IMG/VR virus record: IMGVR_UViG_3300045996_002876
Location: 32,001 to 96,000 of that record
Direction: 5' to 3' (one strand)
DNA: 64,000 nt
Source: a virus
Shown: one piece after another, positions 56,073-64,000 of the stretch
Position numbering within the stretch: the stretch's first letter is position 1
Layout of the letters: every line of letters starts with the position of its first letter
Program-made: the position numbers and the translations under genes
The notes under the pieces: generated by a model
The model's input: only the letters and a program-made list of their open reading frames with translations
What the model was told of the DNA's origin: nothing
Databases searched by the model: none

Positions 56073-56095
56073 GGAAAAGTTCTTGACTTCTCAGG
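56044..56095 (-). promoter_or_regulatory. Sigma70-like promoter with tandem operator-like sites
   Basis: TTGACT-17-TAACCT; CTTGG-GAG-TCAAG at 56061-56073; second variant at 56082-56095. Confidence 0.6.
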
Positions 56096-56648
56096 ACCCC
56101 TTCTTCTCGACCTTCGAGGCGTCCAGCTTGAGGTCGGCCGCGCGGGTGACCTTGATCTGGGGCTTCTCGTTGTACGTCTGGTACTCGCCCCGGACGGACA
56201 CGGTCTGCCCCTTGAGGGCCCGGAAGTTGACGGCGGCCAGCTCGGGGGCGGCCTTCAGGTCGATGAAGGCGGACATGGTCGCCTGCTTGTGGTCGGCGTG
56301 GTTGTTCAGGACGACGAACCCGTCCCGCTTGAGGAACGACCCGACGACCATCTCGACCTCCTTGACCTCGCCGGTCGACCGGGTCTTGGACGGGGCGGCG
56401 GCCGGCAGGCCGGCCTCGGCCACCGGGACGAGCTTGTCCGAGGACGGGTACAGGCCGTACCCGGCGGCCAGGACGGCGGCGACGGCCGCCCCGACGGCCC
56501 ACGGGTGCTTCTTCACGATCGGCCGGGCCCGGTCCATCCCGGCCCGGAACGTGTTCTTCACCTGCTCCATCCGCCGGGCCACCTGGGCCGGGGCCTGGAT
56601 GTCGCCGTTCGGGGTCACGTCGATCTGGCTGTTGACGCGGTCGCTCAT
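56091..56648 (-). CDS. Membrane-anchored OB-fold-like protein
   Basis: KHPWAVGAAVAAVLAAGYGLY TM segment; LKGQTVSVRGEYQTYNEKPQIKV. Confidence 0.7.
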   Translation of the reverse strand: MSDRVNSQIDVTPNGDIQAPAQVARRMEQVKNTFRAGMDRARPIVKKHPWAVGAAVAAVLAAGYGLYPSSDKLVPVAEAGLPAAAPSKTRSTGEVKEVEMVVGSFLKRDGFVVLNNHADHKQATMSAFIDLKAAPELAAVNFRALKGQTVSVRGEYQTYNEKPQIKVTRAADLKLDASKVEKKGS

Positions 56649-56682
56649 GGGAGCCTCTGAGAGTGGGGTGTGGGGTGCTTGC

Positions 56683-56716
56683 GGGGGAGGGAAGGACGTA
56701 CGTCCTTCCCTCCCCC
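56683..56716. repeat. 34-bp perfect palindrome
   Basis: GGGGGAGGGAAGGACGT|ACGTCCTTCCCTCCCCC, intergenic. Confidence 0.9.
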
Positions 56717-56779
56717 TGTCTGTGCATGCCGGCCGGGTCCACTTTGAACCCGACTTACGCTACTATCTTCAAGCAAGGA

Positions 56780-57352
56780 TCAGAAGGGAATCTCGTCTCC
56801 CTGGCTCTCCGCCCCGGCCGGTTCCTCCGTCGGGGCCTGGGCGGTCCCGCGGGGCCCGGCCGGGCGGCCCTCGCCGGGGGCCAGCTTGGGGGTGAACACC
56901 TTGCGGCCCTGCCAGTGCGGCCCCTTCGGGCCGGGGTTCCGGATCGGCCAGAGCTGGAACAGCTCGCCCCCGTCCCGCTCGGTGGCCGGGAAGAGGGTGG
57001 TGTTCAGGTACTCGGTCCCGTCGTCGGCCGTGTTCAGCCAGAAGCTGTTCCAGTAGATCTCGGGGCCGAACTCCTTCTTCTGCCGCTGCTCCTCGGTCAC
57101 CTGCTGGCTGAGCTTGGAGTAGAACTGGGGGGCTTTCGGGTTGGCCTCCCGGCCGGGCTCGGGCTTGCTCGGGAAGATGGCCAGCCGGGCCCGGCCGTAG
57201 GCCCCGGTGATGATGACGATCCCGGCGGCCGTCGGGGTGTCCCAGAAGACGCCGCACGGGTACGACGGGAGGGTCGGGCGGTCGGCGTCGGCCGGCCGGG
57301 GGGCGGCCCCGGCGGCCTGGGGGTTGCGCATGCGCTCGAGCAGGGTGGACAT
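56780..57352 (-). CDS. DUF736-like two-repeat protein with acidic DEIPF tail (putative SSB)
   Basis: GVFW..G..RLAIFP..PKAPQF / SFW..G..LWP..PKGPHW; C-terminal GDEIPF. Confidence 0.6.
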   Translation of the reverse strand: MSTLLERMRNPQAAGAAPRPADADRPTLPSYPCGVFWDTPTAAGIVIITGAYGRARLAIFPSKPEPGREANPKAPQFYSKLSQQVTEEQRQKKEFGPEIYWNSFWLNTADDGTEYLNTTLFPATERDGGELFQLWPIRNPGPKGPHWQGRKVFTPKLAPGEGRPAGPRGTAQAPTEEPAGAESQGDEIPF

Positions 57353-57450
57353 GGTCTCTCCGGTGTGGGGGAGGGTGGAAACGGGTACGGGCGGCCGGCC
57401 CCCGAGGGTTGGGGATTCCGGACCGCCCGCGTGGTTCACCGACGGGGGAC

Positions 57451-60045
57451 TTACTTTTGCCCGGCCGGTACCCCGTACAGGGCCGTGCGGCGGAGGCGGC
57501 GGTAGTGACTGTACCGGACCCGCCCGGCGGCCCGGAAGCGGGTCACGTCCCCCGGCCGCTCGCGGCGGGCCAGGATCCGGCGGGCCTTGGCGGCCGTCCG
57601 CGGGTTGGCGGACTGGGCCAGGACGTACAGGCGGGTGAGGGCCAGGGGGCGGGCGATCGGCTCCTTGGCCGGCGGGGCCTCGGTGGTCCGGACGACCTGG
57701 GCCGGGCGGGCGATGCCCGTGGCCCGTTCGACGCACTTCCGGGCCAGGTCCAGGTAGGCGTCCCGGCGGTCCGGGCGGGCCTTGGCCAGGTCGGTGTACT
57801 TCTTCCACAGGAGGCGGTACGACTCGAGGATTCGGGCGTCCAGCGGGTCGCGGGCGACGACCTTCCTCGGCGGCGGCGGGGCGACCGGGCCGGCCATGGA
57901 CGCGAGGTCGACGGGGGCGGGTCCCCCCTTCGTGCCGCGGACCGCGTCGTGGACGGTGGCGTGGGCCGCCCGTATCTCGGCCGTGAAGTCGGCGACCACG
58001 TCGTCGGGCAGGCCGGCCTCCCGGACCCGGCGGTCCAGGGTGTCCAGGTGGGCGGCGATCCGGGCCTCGGCCTCGGCCTCCGGGGAGGCGAACGCCTCGG
58101 GGGCGAACCGGTGGTCGGCCGCGTACGCCCCGGCGGAGCCGAACAGGGCCTCGGGGGCGAAGGCCAGCTTCTCCCACCGCTCCTCGGCCAGGAGCTGGCG
58201 GACGGTCTGGAGCTCGGCCCAGCACCGTTTCCAGGTGCCCCAGGCGGTCGCCGGGCAGTCGAGCGGCTTGGGCCGCAGGTGGACGGCCTTCCCGCCCTCC
58301 CCCTTGAACGACCGGGGCGGGACGTAGGCCCCGTTCTTCCGGTCGAACCAGAGGAACTTGGCCAGGGCCCGCTCGGGCAGGGGCACGTCGGCCGGCACGG
58401 CCATGAGTTTCCGGCGGGCCGAGCGGCTCGGGAGGGAGTCGGGCCGGCTGGTCTTGTTGACGAACAGGCTCCGCTCGGATCCGTCCGGGAGGGTCCAGGT
58501 TAGCCACTGGCCCCCGCGGGCGTACACCCAGAGTTTCCGTTCGTCCCGCGACATGCCCTCGGACCGGCCGGGGACCACGGCCTTCTTGTCGCCGTCCCAG
58601 TGGCGGTTCCACTGCGACAGCGGGCAGAAGTCCTCGGCGACGGTCCACGGACGGAGGGGTTTCGGGACGAACGTGTCGTCCTTGAGCTCGACCAGCTCGG
58701 CCTCGTCGAACGCCAGGACCCCCCGCTCGTCGGCGACCCGGTAGCACCCGGCCGGCTGGTCGGCCACGTCGTGCGCGACCCCGTGGGCCTCGAGCTGGGC
58801 GACGATCGCGGGCAGGTGGTCGGCGGTCGGGTGGAAGTCCCACTCCTCGTAGCTGGCCAGGCCCTCGGGGACGGGGAGGTAGGCGGTGACCGGGTTGGGG
58901 TCGGCCGCCCCCTTGCGGCGGGGCTCGCCGGCCCGCCGGCGGAGGTCCCCCCGGCCGCTCACCTGCCCGCACGTGACGAACGGGCTCGGGTCGTCGTCCA
59001 CCCGCGGGGCCGTCTTGCGGCGGAGGAGGGTCGACCCCTCGTGGTACTTGCGGAGCTTGACCTTCCGGCCGTCCGGGGTCTCGTGGTCGAACGTCCGCCC
59101 CTGGTCCCGCAGGTTGGCCATGGCCGGGTCGTCGACCGAGCCCATGAAGGTGGCGTCCCAGAGGACCTCGTCGGCCTTCTCCAGGGGGACCTGGCGGCGG
59201 GGGCCCTTGGGGTTCTTCTTGACCCAGGCCGGGTGGTCGGGCCGCTCGAACGGCTCGTGGGCGGACAGCTCGCCCTGGGTCCGGACGTCCTGGGCCTCGG
59301 CCCATCGGTCGAGTTGGGCCCGCAGGCCGGCCCCGCCGCCGTACCGGTGGCGGAGGTACGTGCGGAGGTTCTCGAGCAGGTTCCACCCGTTCTCGGTCGT
59401 CCGCCCGTCGACGGCGAAGTGGTTCCCGCGGTCGAGGAGTAGGGCGTACTCGGCCAGGAGGGAGTCGAGGCCGGCGGCCGACAGGTCGGCGAAGGCGTAC
59501 CCGGCCCGCCAGTTGGTCCGGCGGGGGAGGCGGTCGACGATCCAGTCGGGGAACGACCAGCGGGCGCTGAACCGCCAGTTACACTTCGGGTTCCGGGTCG
59601 CCGTGAGCCAGGCCCCCAGGGCCCGGACGGCGGGCGGGACGGCCAGGGGGCTGGTGACGGCGTAGAAGGTGTCGGGGAGGGCGGCCCCGGGGCGGACGAG
59701 GACGGCCTTCAGGGGGATGACGTCGGGCTCGGCCTGGGCGAACAGGAGGTCCTCCCAGCGGTCCGGGGACGGGGTTTTGACCACGTCGAGGAGGGTGGTC
59801 GTCCGGCCGGACTTCCGGGGGCTGGTGTCGAGCCACTTGAGGAGGTCGAGGTCGGGGGTGTCGGACCCCCAGGTCAGGAGGCGGACCTTGTTCTTGGTGA
59901 ACGTCTTGTCGACCTCGAACGGGTCGCCGGCGACGAAGGCCCTGGGGCCGGCGTGGACGCGGGTGTCCGGGCGGGCCCCGACGGCGGCCTCCCGGTAGTC
60001 GGGGGTGAAGGTGAACTCCCCGTGGGTGACGGCGTGCGTGCTCAT
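57451..60045 (-). CDS. Large hypothetical protein (864 aa)
   Basis: Long ORF with normal composition; ATG after GGAG; no motif recognised. Confidence 0.8.
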   Translation of the reverse strand: MSTHAVTHGEFTFTPDYREAAVGARPDTRVHAGPRAFVAGDPFEVDKTFTKNKVRLLTWGSDTPDLDLLKWLDTSPRKSGRTTTLLDVVKTPSPDRWEDLLFAQAEPDVIPLKAVLVRPGAALPDTFYAVTSPLAVPPAVRALGAWLTATRNPKCNWRFSARWSFPDWIVDRLPRRTNWRAGYAFADLSAAGLDSLLAEYALLLDRGNHFAVDGRTTENGWNLLENLRTYLRHRYGGGAGLRAQLDRWAEAQDVRTQGELSAHEPFERPDHPAWVKKNPKGPRRQVPLEKADEVLWDATFMGSVDDPAMANLRDQGRTFDHETPDGRKVKLRKYHEGSTLLRRKTAPRVDDDPSPFVTCGQVSGRGDLRRRAGEPRRKGAADPNPVTAYLPVPEGLASYEEWDFHPTADHLPAIVAQLEAHGVAHDVADQPAGCYRVADERGVLAFDEAELVELKDDTFVPKPLRPWTVAEDFCPLSQWNRHWDGDKKAVVPGRSEGMSRDERKLWVYARGGQWLTWTLPDGSERSLFVNKTSRPDSLPSRSARRKLMAVPADVPLPERALAKFLWFDRKNGAYVPPRSFKGEGGKAVHLRPKPLDCPATAWGTWKRCWAELQTVRQLLAEERWEKLAFAPEALFGSAGAYAADHRFAPEAFASPEAEAEARIAAHLDTLDRRVREAGLPDDVVADFTAEIRAAHATVHDAVRGTKGGPAPVDLASMAGPVAPPPPRKVVARDPLDARILESYRLLWKKYTDLAKARPDRRDAYLDLARKCVERATGIARPAQVVRTTEAPPAKEPIARPLALTRLYVLAQSANPRTAAKARRILARRERPGDVTRFRAAGRVRYSHYRRLRRTALYGVPAGQK

Positions 60046-60106
60046 GCGACTCTCCGTGTGGTGTGTGAGGGGGCGAGTTTGGGCGGTTACTTTTGACCCG
60101 CCCCGG

Positions 60107-60601
60107 TCAGCGGGCGAGCATGTCCAGGAGGGCCTTGGGGACGAACCGGGTGGGTAGGGGGACGCTTCGGGCCTTCGGCTTGCGGGTGCCCCCGGTTCGG
60201 GACATGGTGTGGAAACGGTTCTTCATCCCGTACTTTCGGAGGGTGTACGTGCCCGGCGGGAGGTTCCACTGGCCGGTGGTGTCGAAGATCGGAATGGCCT
60301 TGGCTAGGGCCGCCGGGGTTCGGAACCGGATGACTTCGGTCTTGGTCACCACCTTCGAGATCTGCGGGCCGATGAATACCCCCTGGAGGAAGTCGCCGAA
60401 GGTGTCCTGGAGGGCTCGTGCGACGACACACTTACACGGGTCCCCGGGCTCGGCCTCGCGGGCGTGTTTCTCCTTGATGGCGAAGGTGATCGGCTTGGTG
60501 GCGTCCTTGAGGGGGAGCTCTCGCCAGTCGACCCCGTTCTCGTGGGCGACGGCCTCGGATTTCGTTCGGGGGGCGGCGGGTTTGCGGGCGGCGGCGGCCA
60601 T
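60107..60601 (-). CDS. Conserved hypothetical protein
   Basis: DATKP..DPCKCVVARA..RF..FD. Confidence 0.7.
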   Translation of the reverse strand: MAAAARKPAAPRTKSEAVAHENGVDWRELPLKDATKPITFAIKEKHAREAEPGDPCKCVVARALQDTFGDFLQGVFIGPQISKVVTKTEVIRFRTPAALAKAIPIFDTTGQWNLPPGTYTLRKYGMKNRFHTMSRTGGTRKPKARSVPLPTRFVPKALLDMLAR

Positions 60602-60649
60602 GGGAGACTCCTGGGGTTGGGTGTGTGGTCCGGGTCACCTGGGGGCGGG

Positions 60650-60856
60650 TTACTTTTCCGGTTCCGCCTCCAGGGGGTACAGGTCCGACAGGCGGACGGG
60701 CGACTCGTACCCGGGCATGCCGGGGCGGTTCGGGTAGTCGGGCTCGGCCGGGGCGGCCTTCGGGGGGCCGAGGCCGGACCCGGCGGCCAGGACGGCGAAC
60801 AGGACCATGACGAGGCACAGGAGGGCGGCCAGGTCGGTGAACCGGCGGTCGGTCAT
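60650..60856 (-). CDS. Small exported/membrane protein
   Basis: Hydrophobic N-terminus. Confidence 0.55.
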   Translation of the reverse strand: MTDRRFTDLAALLCLVMVLFAVLAAGSGLGPPKAAPAEPDYPNRPGMPGYESPVRLSDLYPLEAEPEK

Positions 60857-60880
60857 GACATCCTCCGGGGGCTGAAGTGA

Positions 60881-60917
60881 CGAAGGCCTGGGTCGCCTAA
60901 TGCGACCCAGGCCTTCG
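60881..60917. repeat. Perfect inverted repeat, 16-bp stem, CTAAT loop
   Basis: CGAAGGCCTGGGTCGC-CTAAT-GCGACCCAGGCCTTCG, intergenic. Confidence 0.85.
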
Positions 60918-60943
60918 GCTGGGGGTTTCCGGGGTTCGTTCGG

Positions 60944-61766
60944 TCAGCCGTTGTAGGTCCCGGTCCGGATGTATTCGCCGGGGGTGGCGTGGGCGGGGAC
61001 GAGCTCGTACACGTCCGGGGCGTCGCCGTGGAGGTCGAGGACGTTGGCGACCCGCTGGAGGAAGTCGCAGAGCTTCCGGGTGTCCCAGGGCCGGAGTTTG
61101 AACCGGACGAGGGACGGGGTCTCTTTCGAGATCGTTGTCTCCGTGAGGGCGTGCTCCTTGCACATTTCGAGGAACTCGGCCTTGGCGGCGTCGAGGTCCT
61201 TGCCGAATCGGCCGACCTCGACACGGGCCTGGCCGATCGCGTACAGGGATGTGAACGTCATCGGGTCTTGTCTCCGGGGTACAGGTGGGTCCCGGTCGAG
61301 TCGGTGTCGACCAGGCCCCGCCGCTGGAGGCGGTGGAGGGTGTCGGCCAGTCGGGCCCAGCGGCGGACGTTGAACTCGGTGTACAGGGTCCGGACGGGGA
61401 GCTGTCGCTTCTCGCGGACGAAGGCCAGGACGCGGGCGGCGGTCGGGGCGGCCCGGCTGGGGCGGGCGGCCGGGGCGGGGAGGGTCAGGTTCATGGGAGG
61501 CTTCCGTGGGGTTCCCTTGGGGTCCACCTCCCCGGTGGTCACTTTGGCCCCGGCTTCCACCGGTCGTGGAGAACCAGGACCTCCCAGAAGCCCAGCTTGA
61601 CCCACAGGCGGTACCAGCGGACGTCGGTCTTGGTCACCGTCCCCGAGTTGTCGCGGAGGGCGGTCGCCGAGTCCCGGCAGGCCCCGACCCCGAACTCGAT
61701 CCTGGGCATTTGCTCAGTCGTGTCCTCCCGGATCGGGAGGAGGCGGATTCGGGTCGAGCTGGCCAT
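60944..61766 (-). other. Three small hypothetical genes (60944-61261, 61258-61494 wHTH-like, 61539-61766)
   Basis: Operon packing. Confidence 0.55.
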
Positions 61767-62289
61767 GGGGTGTCCCCTTTCGGAACCCGCGGGTGAGGCG
61801 GGAGATCGTGGGCTGGGTCGTGTTCCACTTGGCGGCCGCTTCCCGCTGGGTCATGCCTGACTCGAGGTCGGCCAGGATCTTCGGGATGTCGGCGTCCGGG
61901 ATACGGGCCCTGGGATGGCGTTCCCCGACGGCGGCGGTCCCGTGCCGGTCCTGGTCGGCCCGGTTCTCGGCCTTGGTCCCCCACCGGAGGTTGTCGGCCC
62001 GGTTGTTGGCCGGGTTCCCGTCCCCGTGCAGGACCTCGTACCCGGGGCCGGGCTTCGGGCCGTGGAAGGCGGTACAGACCAGGACGTGGGCCGCCTGGGT
62101 CCGGCCGTCGCAGGACACCTGGAGGTAGCCCTCGCGGGTGACCTTGGTCTTGAGGGGCGTCCACCCCTCGTCGTCCGTCTCGTCGGTCGACAGGAAGCTG
62201 GTCCAGCACGTCCCGTCGAAGGCGAACCGGTACCCGGGCAGGTCGGGGATCTCGGCGAAGAAGCGGATGTCCGGGTCGACTATGAACAG
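61714..62289 (-). CDS. NUMOD4-like/HNH/HTH homing endonuclease; probable CTG start
   Basis: In-frame upstream IPDLPGYRF..G..GYLQV; HVLVCTAFHG..HGDGNPANNRADNLRWGTKAEN; C-terminal HTH. Confidence 0.8.
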   Translation of the reverse strand: MFIVDPDIRFFAEIPDLPGYRFAFDGTCWTSFLSTDETDDEGWTPLKTKVTREGYLQVSCDGRTQAAHVLVCTAFHGPKPGPGYEVLHGDGNPANNRADNLRWGTKAENRADQDRHGTAAVGERHPRARIPDADIPKILADLESGMTQREAAAKWNTTQPTISRLTRGFRKGTPHGQLDPNPPPPDPGGHD

Positions 62290-62346
62290 GGGGCACCCCT
62301 TTCGGTGTCGGGCGTGGGCGTCAGGCGGTGGCGGCGGGCGACGGTA

Positions 62347-63021
62347 TCAGGCCAGCGGGTCGGGCCCCGTGTGCTCGGCCTTGGTCGGCTTGAGGTTCCA
62401 CACTCTCGCCCAGATCAGGGCCCGCTCGGCCCGCGGGAAGTCCTTTATCAGGCGGGACACGGCCATTCGTACGCCCACCTTTCGACGAAACTGGTCTCCG
62501 ACGGCGCACGCCGCGTAGGCCCGGCCCACGAAGTCCCAGTCGGCGGGGCCGTGTTTGTGCAGGACGGCCGAGGTGGCGGCCTGTACTCTCCGGTCGTACA
62601 TGACGGTCCGTCCGTCTTTCGTTTGGATGTTGCGTTTCGGCTCGTGCGGGTGGACGTGTTCGATCATGAGCCGGTACTTGCCGGACGGGAGGTCGAGGAT
62701 CATGGGAGCCCCCAGAGGTTTCGGTCGGGCGGATGAGTGTGGGCGTCGATCTCCCGTTGGGCAAGGCGGTGGTGGTCGTTCATGAGTTCCCGGAGGAGGT
62801 CGGCCCAGTGCTCCTCCTGCTCCCTCGACTCGCGGGCGGCGACGTACCCGGACGTCCGCCCGTACTCGAGCCAGGTCAGGAGGTCGTTGAGGTCACGCAT
62901 GACGGTACCCCGCCAGGAGGCCGAGGGTCAGGAGGGCGAGGAGGGCCCGGAGGCGGGAGCGGTGGCGGGCCCGGGCGGCGGCCAGGCGTTCCTCCAGGTA
63001 GTAGTCGGGGAGCGTGTTCAC
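62347..63021 (-). other. Three small hypothetical genes (62347-62703, 62700-62900, 62893-63021)
   Basis: Overlapping junctions; first carries C..GDQFRRKVG. Confidence 0.55.
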
Positions 63022-63575
63022 GAGACGGCCTCCTCGAGGGCGAGACGGTGTTCGATCTTTTCCCGGTCCTCCGGGCGGAACAGGTTGAAGACGGGGATCC
63101 CCTCGTGGGCGGCGAGCTGGACGGCACAGGCGGTCCCGCCCTGGGGCTTCCCGTCCATCTCCGGGCACCAGCAGACGACGAACTTGGACGGCGGGTCGCC
63201 GGGCATGCCGAGGACTTGGGCCACGTTCCGCCCCATGAGGGGGACGATGTTGGGGGCCTCGGTCTTGGGCCGGATCTTCAGGGCCACCAGGACCTTGTGG
63301 TTGGCCGCCCACCGGGCCCTGTCGCACACGTCCTCCCCGAGGACCGGCATGCCCGGGTCGTCCCCGTATTTGTCCTGGCCGAACCGGGGCCACGGGAGGT
63401 AGACCACGGCTTTCCGGTTGGCCCCGACCTCGAAGGCCCGGTCGGCCCCCTGGGCATGGCCCGAGCGGAGGGTCCACCCCTGGGCCCGGAGGTAGGCCGC
63501 GACCCGGGTCATGAGGGCCAGGACGTCCGGCGGGGTCTGACGACTCCCGATCCCCGCGTAAAACTTCTCACTCAT
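63018..63575 (-). CDS. SLOG/DprA-like Rossmann-fold protein
   Basis: YAGIGSRQTP..LRSGHAQGADRAFE..RN..QVLG..GGT..A..IPVFNL. Confidence 0.82.
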   Translation of the reverse strand: MSEKFYAGIGSRQTPPDVLALMTRVAAYLRAQGWTLRSGHAQGADRAFEVGANRKAVVYLPWPRFGQDKYGDDPGMPVLGEDVCDRARWAANHKVLVALKIRPKTEAPNIVPLMGRNVAQVLGMPGDPPSKFVVCWCPEMDGKPQGGTACAVQLAAHEGIPVFNLFRPEDREKIEHRLALEEAVS

Positions 63576-63614
63576 GTCACGTACCCCCTTTCCTACGTAC
63601 CGAGGGGTTACTTC

Positions 63615-64000
63615 TCAGCAGGAGCACCGGAAGTACTTGTTCACCACGTCCCGGAGCCTGACCCGCTTCCCGGTCGCCGTCTGCCAGTTCTCGAAGACGT
63701 CGGCCCGGAAGTGCTCGTCGTCCTCGAGGTCGTCCATCAGGGAGCTCGACCCGTGGCACAGGTTGTCTTCGACGATCAGCCGGACGGATTCCTTCCAGTC
63801 GGCCGCGTACAGGCCGTACTTCTCGTGGACGTTGACCCGGAGCCAGTCCTCGGCGTCCCGGACGGCTTTCGTCCACCGCCGGTGGTAGGCGGCCTCCTCG
63901 GGGCGGCCTTGCTCATCCAGCCAGTCGGCGAACACCTTGTGCGGGGCCTCGTCGTCCGGGGCCGCGGCCAGGGCCGCGAGGAAGGCCTGTTCGTCGGTCA
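63615..64000 (-). CDS. TIGR02996-like domain protein (start codon truncated by the window edge)
   Basis: TDEQAFLAALAAAPDDEAPHKVFADWLDEQGRPEEA. Confidence 0.82.
   Translation of the reverse strand, partial: TDEQAFLAALAAAPDDEAPHKVFADWLDEQGRPEEAAYHRRWTKAVRDAEDWLRVNVHEKYGLYAADWKESVRLIVEDNLCHGSSSLMDDLEDDEHFRADVFENWQTATGKRVRLRDVVNKYFRCSC

Noticed and set aside
56683-56716. Protelomerase (tel) site
   Set aside because: Short and GC-rich, and no protelomerase gene was recognised
12903-59386. Long Pro/Arg/Gly-rich ORFs in the track (e.g. 12903-15089, 43579-45519, 45998-48394, and the 5' parts of 21688-24309, 43133-45508 and 56780-59386)
   Set aside because: Shadow frames of real high-GC genes; low-complexity translations that overlap motif-bearing CDSs
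1-64000. Stop-codon recoding, DGR/retron or CRISPR-Cas system
   Set aside because: Core genes read intact in the standard code; no reverse transcriptase, cas gene or repeat-spacer array was seen

Overview
High-GC window that reads as a segment of a large dsDNA tailed-phage genome. There are three transcription blocks: a leftward block of small accessory genes and non-coding structured elements (1-14623), a rightward recombination/replication/nucleotide-metabolism/packaging block (14806-37081: RecT-like annealase, SSB-like protein, primase-DUF3987 fusion, HslV-like peptidase, family A DNA polymerase, Dam-type methylase, DUF5664, HD hydrolase, PhoH, dUTPase, RuvC-like resolvase, terminase), and a long leftward block of mostly small unknown genes (37195-64000) that includes a GATase-II/amidoligase pair. 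No capsid, tail, integrase or CRISPR features were recognised. TIGR02996-like proteins, a RimI-like GNAT and LexA-like domains suggest a Planctomycetota (Gemmataceae-like) host; this is an inference. The most unusual signals are non-coding: (i) three tRNA-shaped RNAs whose anticodon region is replaced by large folded inserts, (ii) a family of perfect hairpins with C-CTNNN-G pentaloops, including a pair with complementary loops at 7057-7149, (iii) a CTTGA-N3-TCAAG operator-like palindrome overlapping -35 boxes, alongside three protease-less LexA-like proteins, and (iv) a strand-oriented CAAAGTG motif at gene boundaries. All family assignments come from motif recognition by eye; no searches were run.
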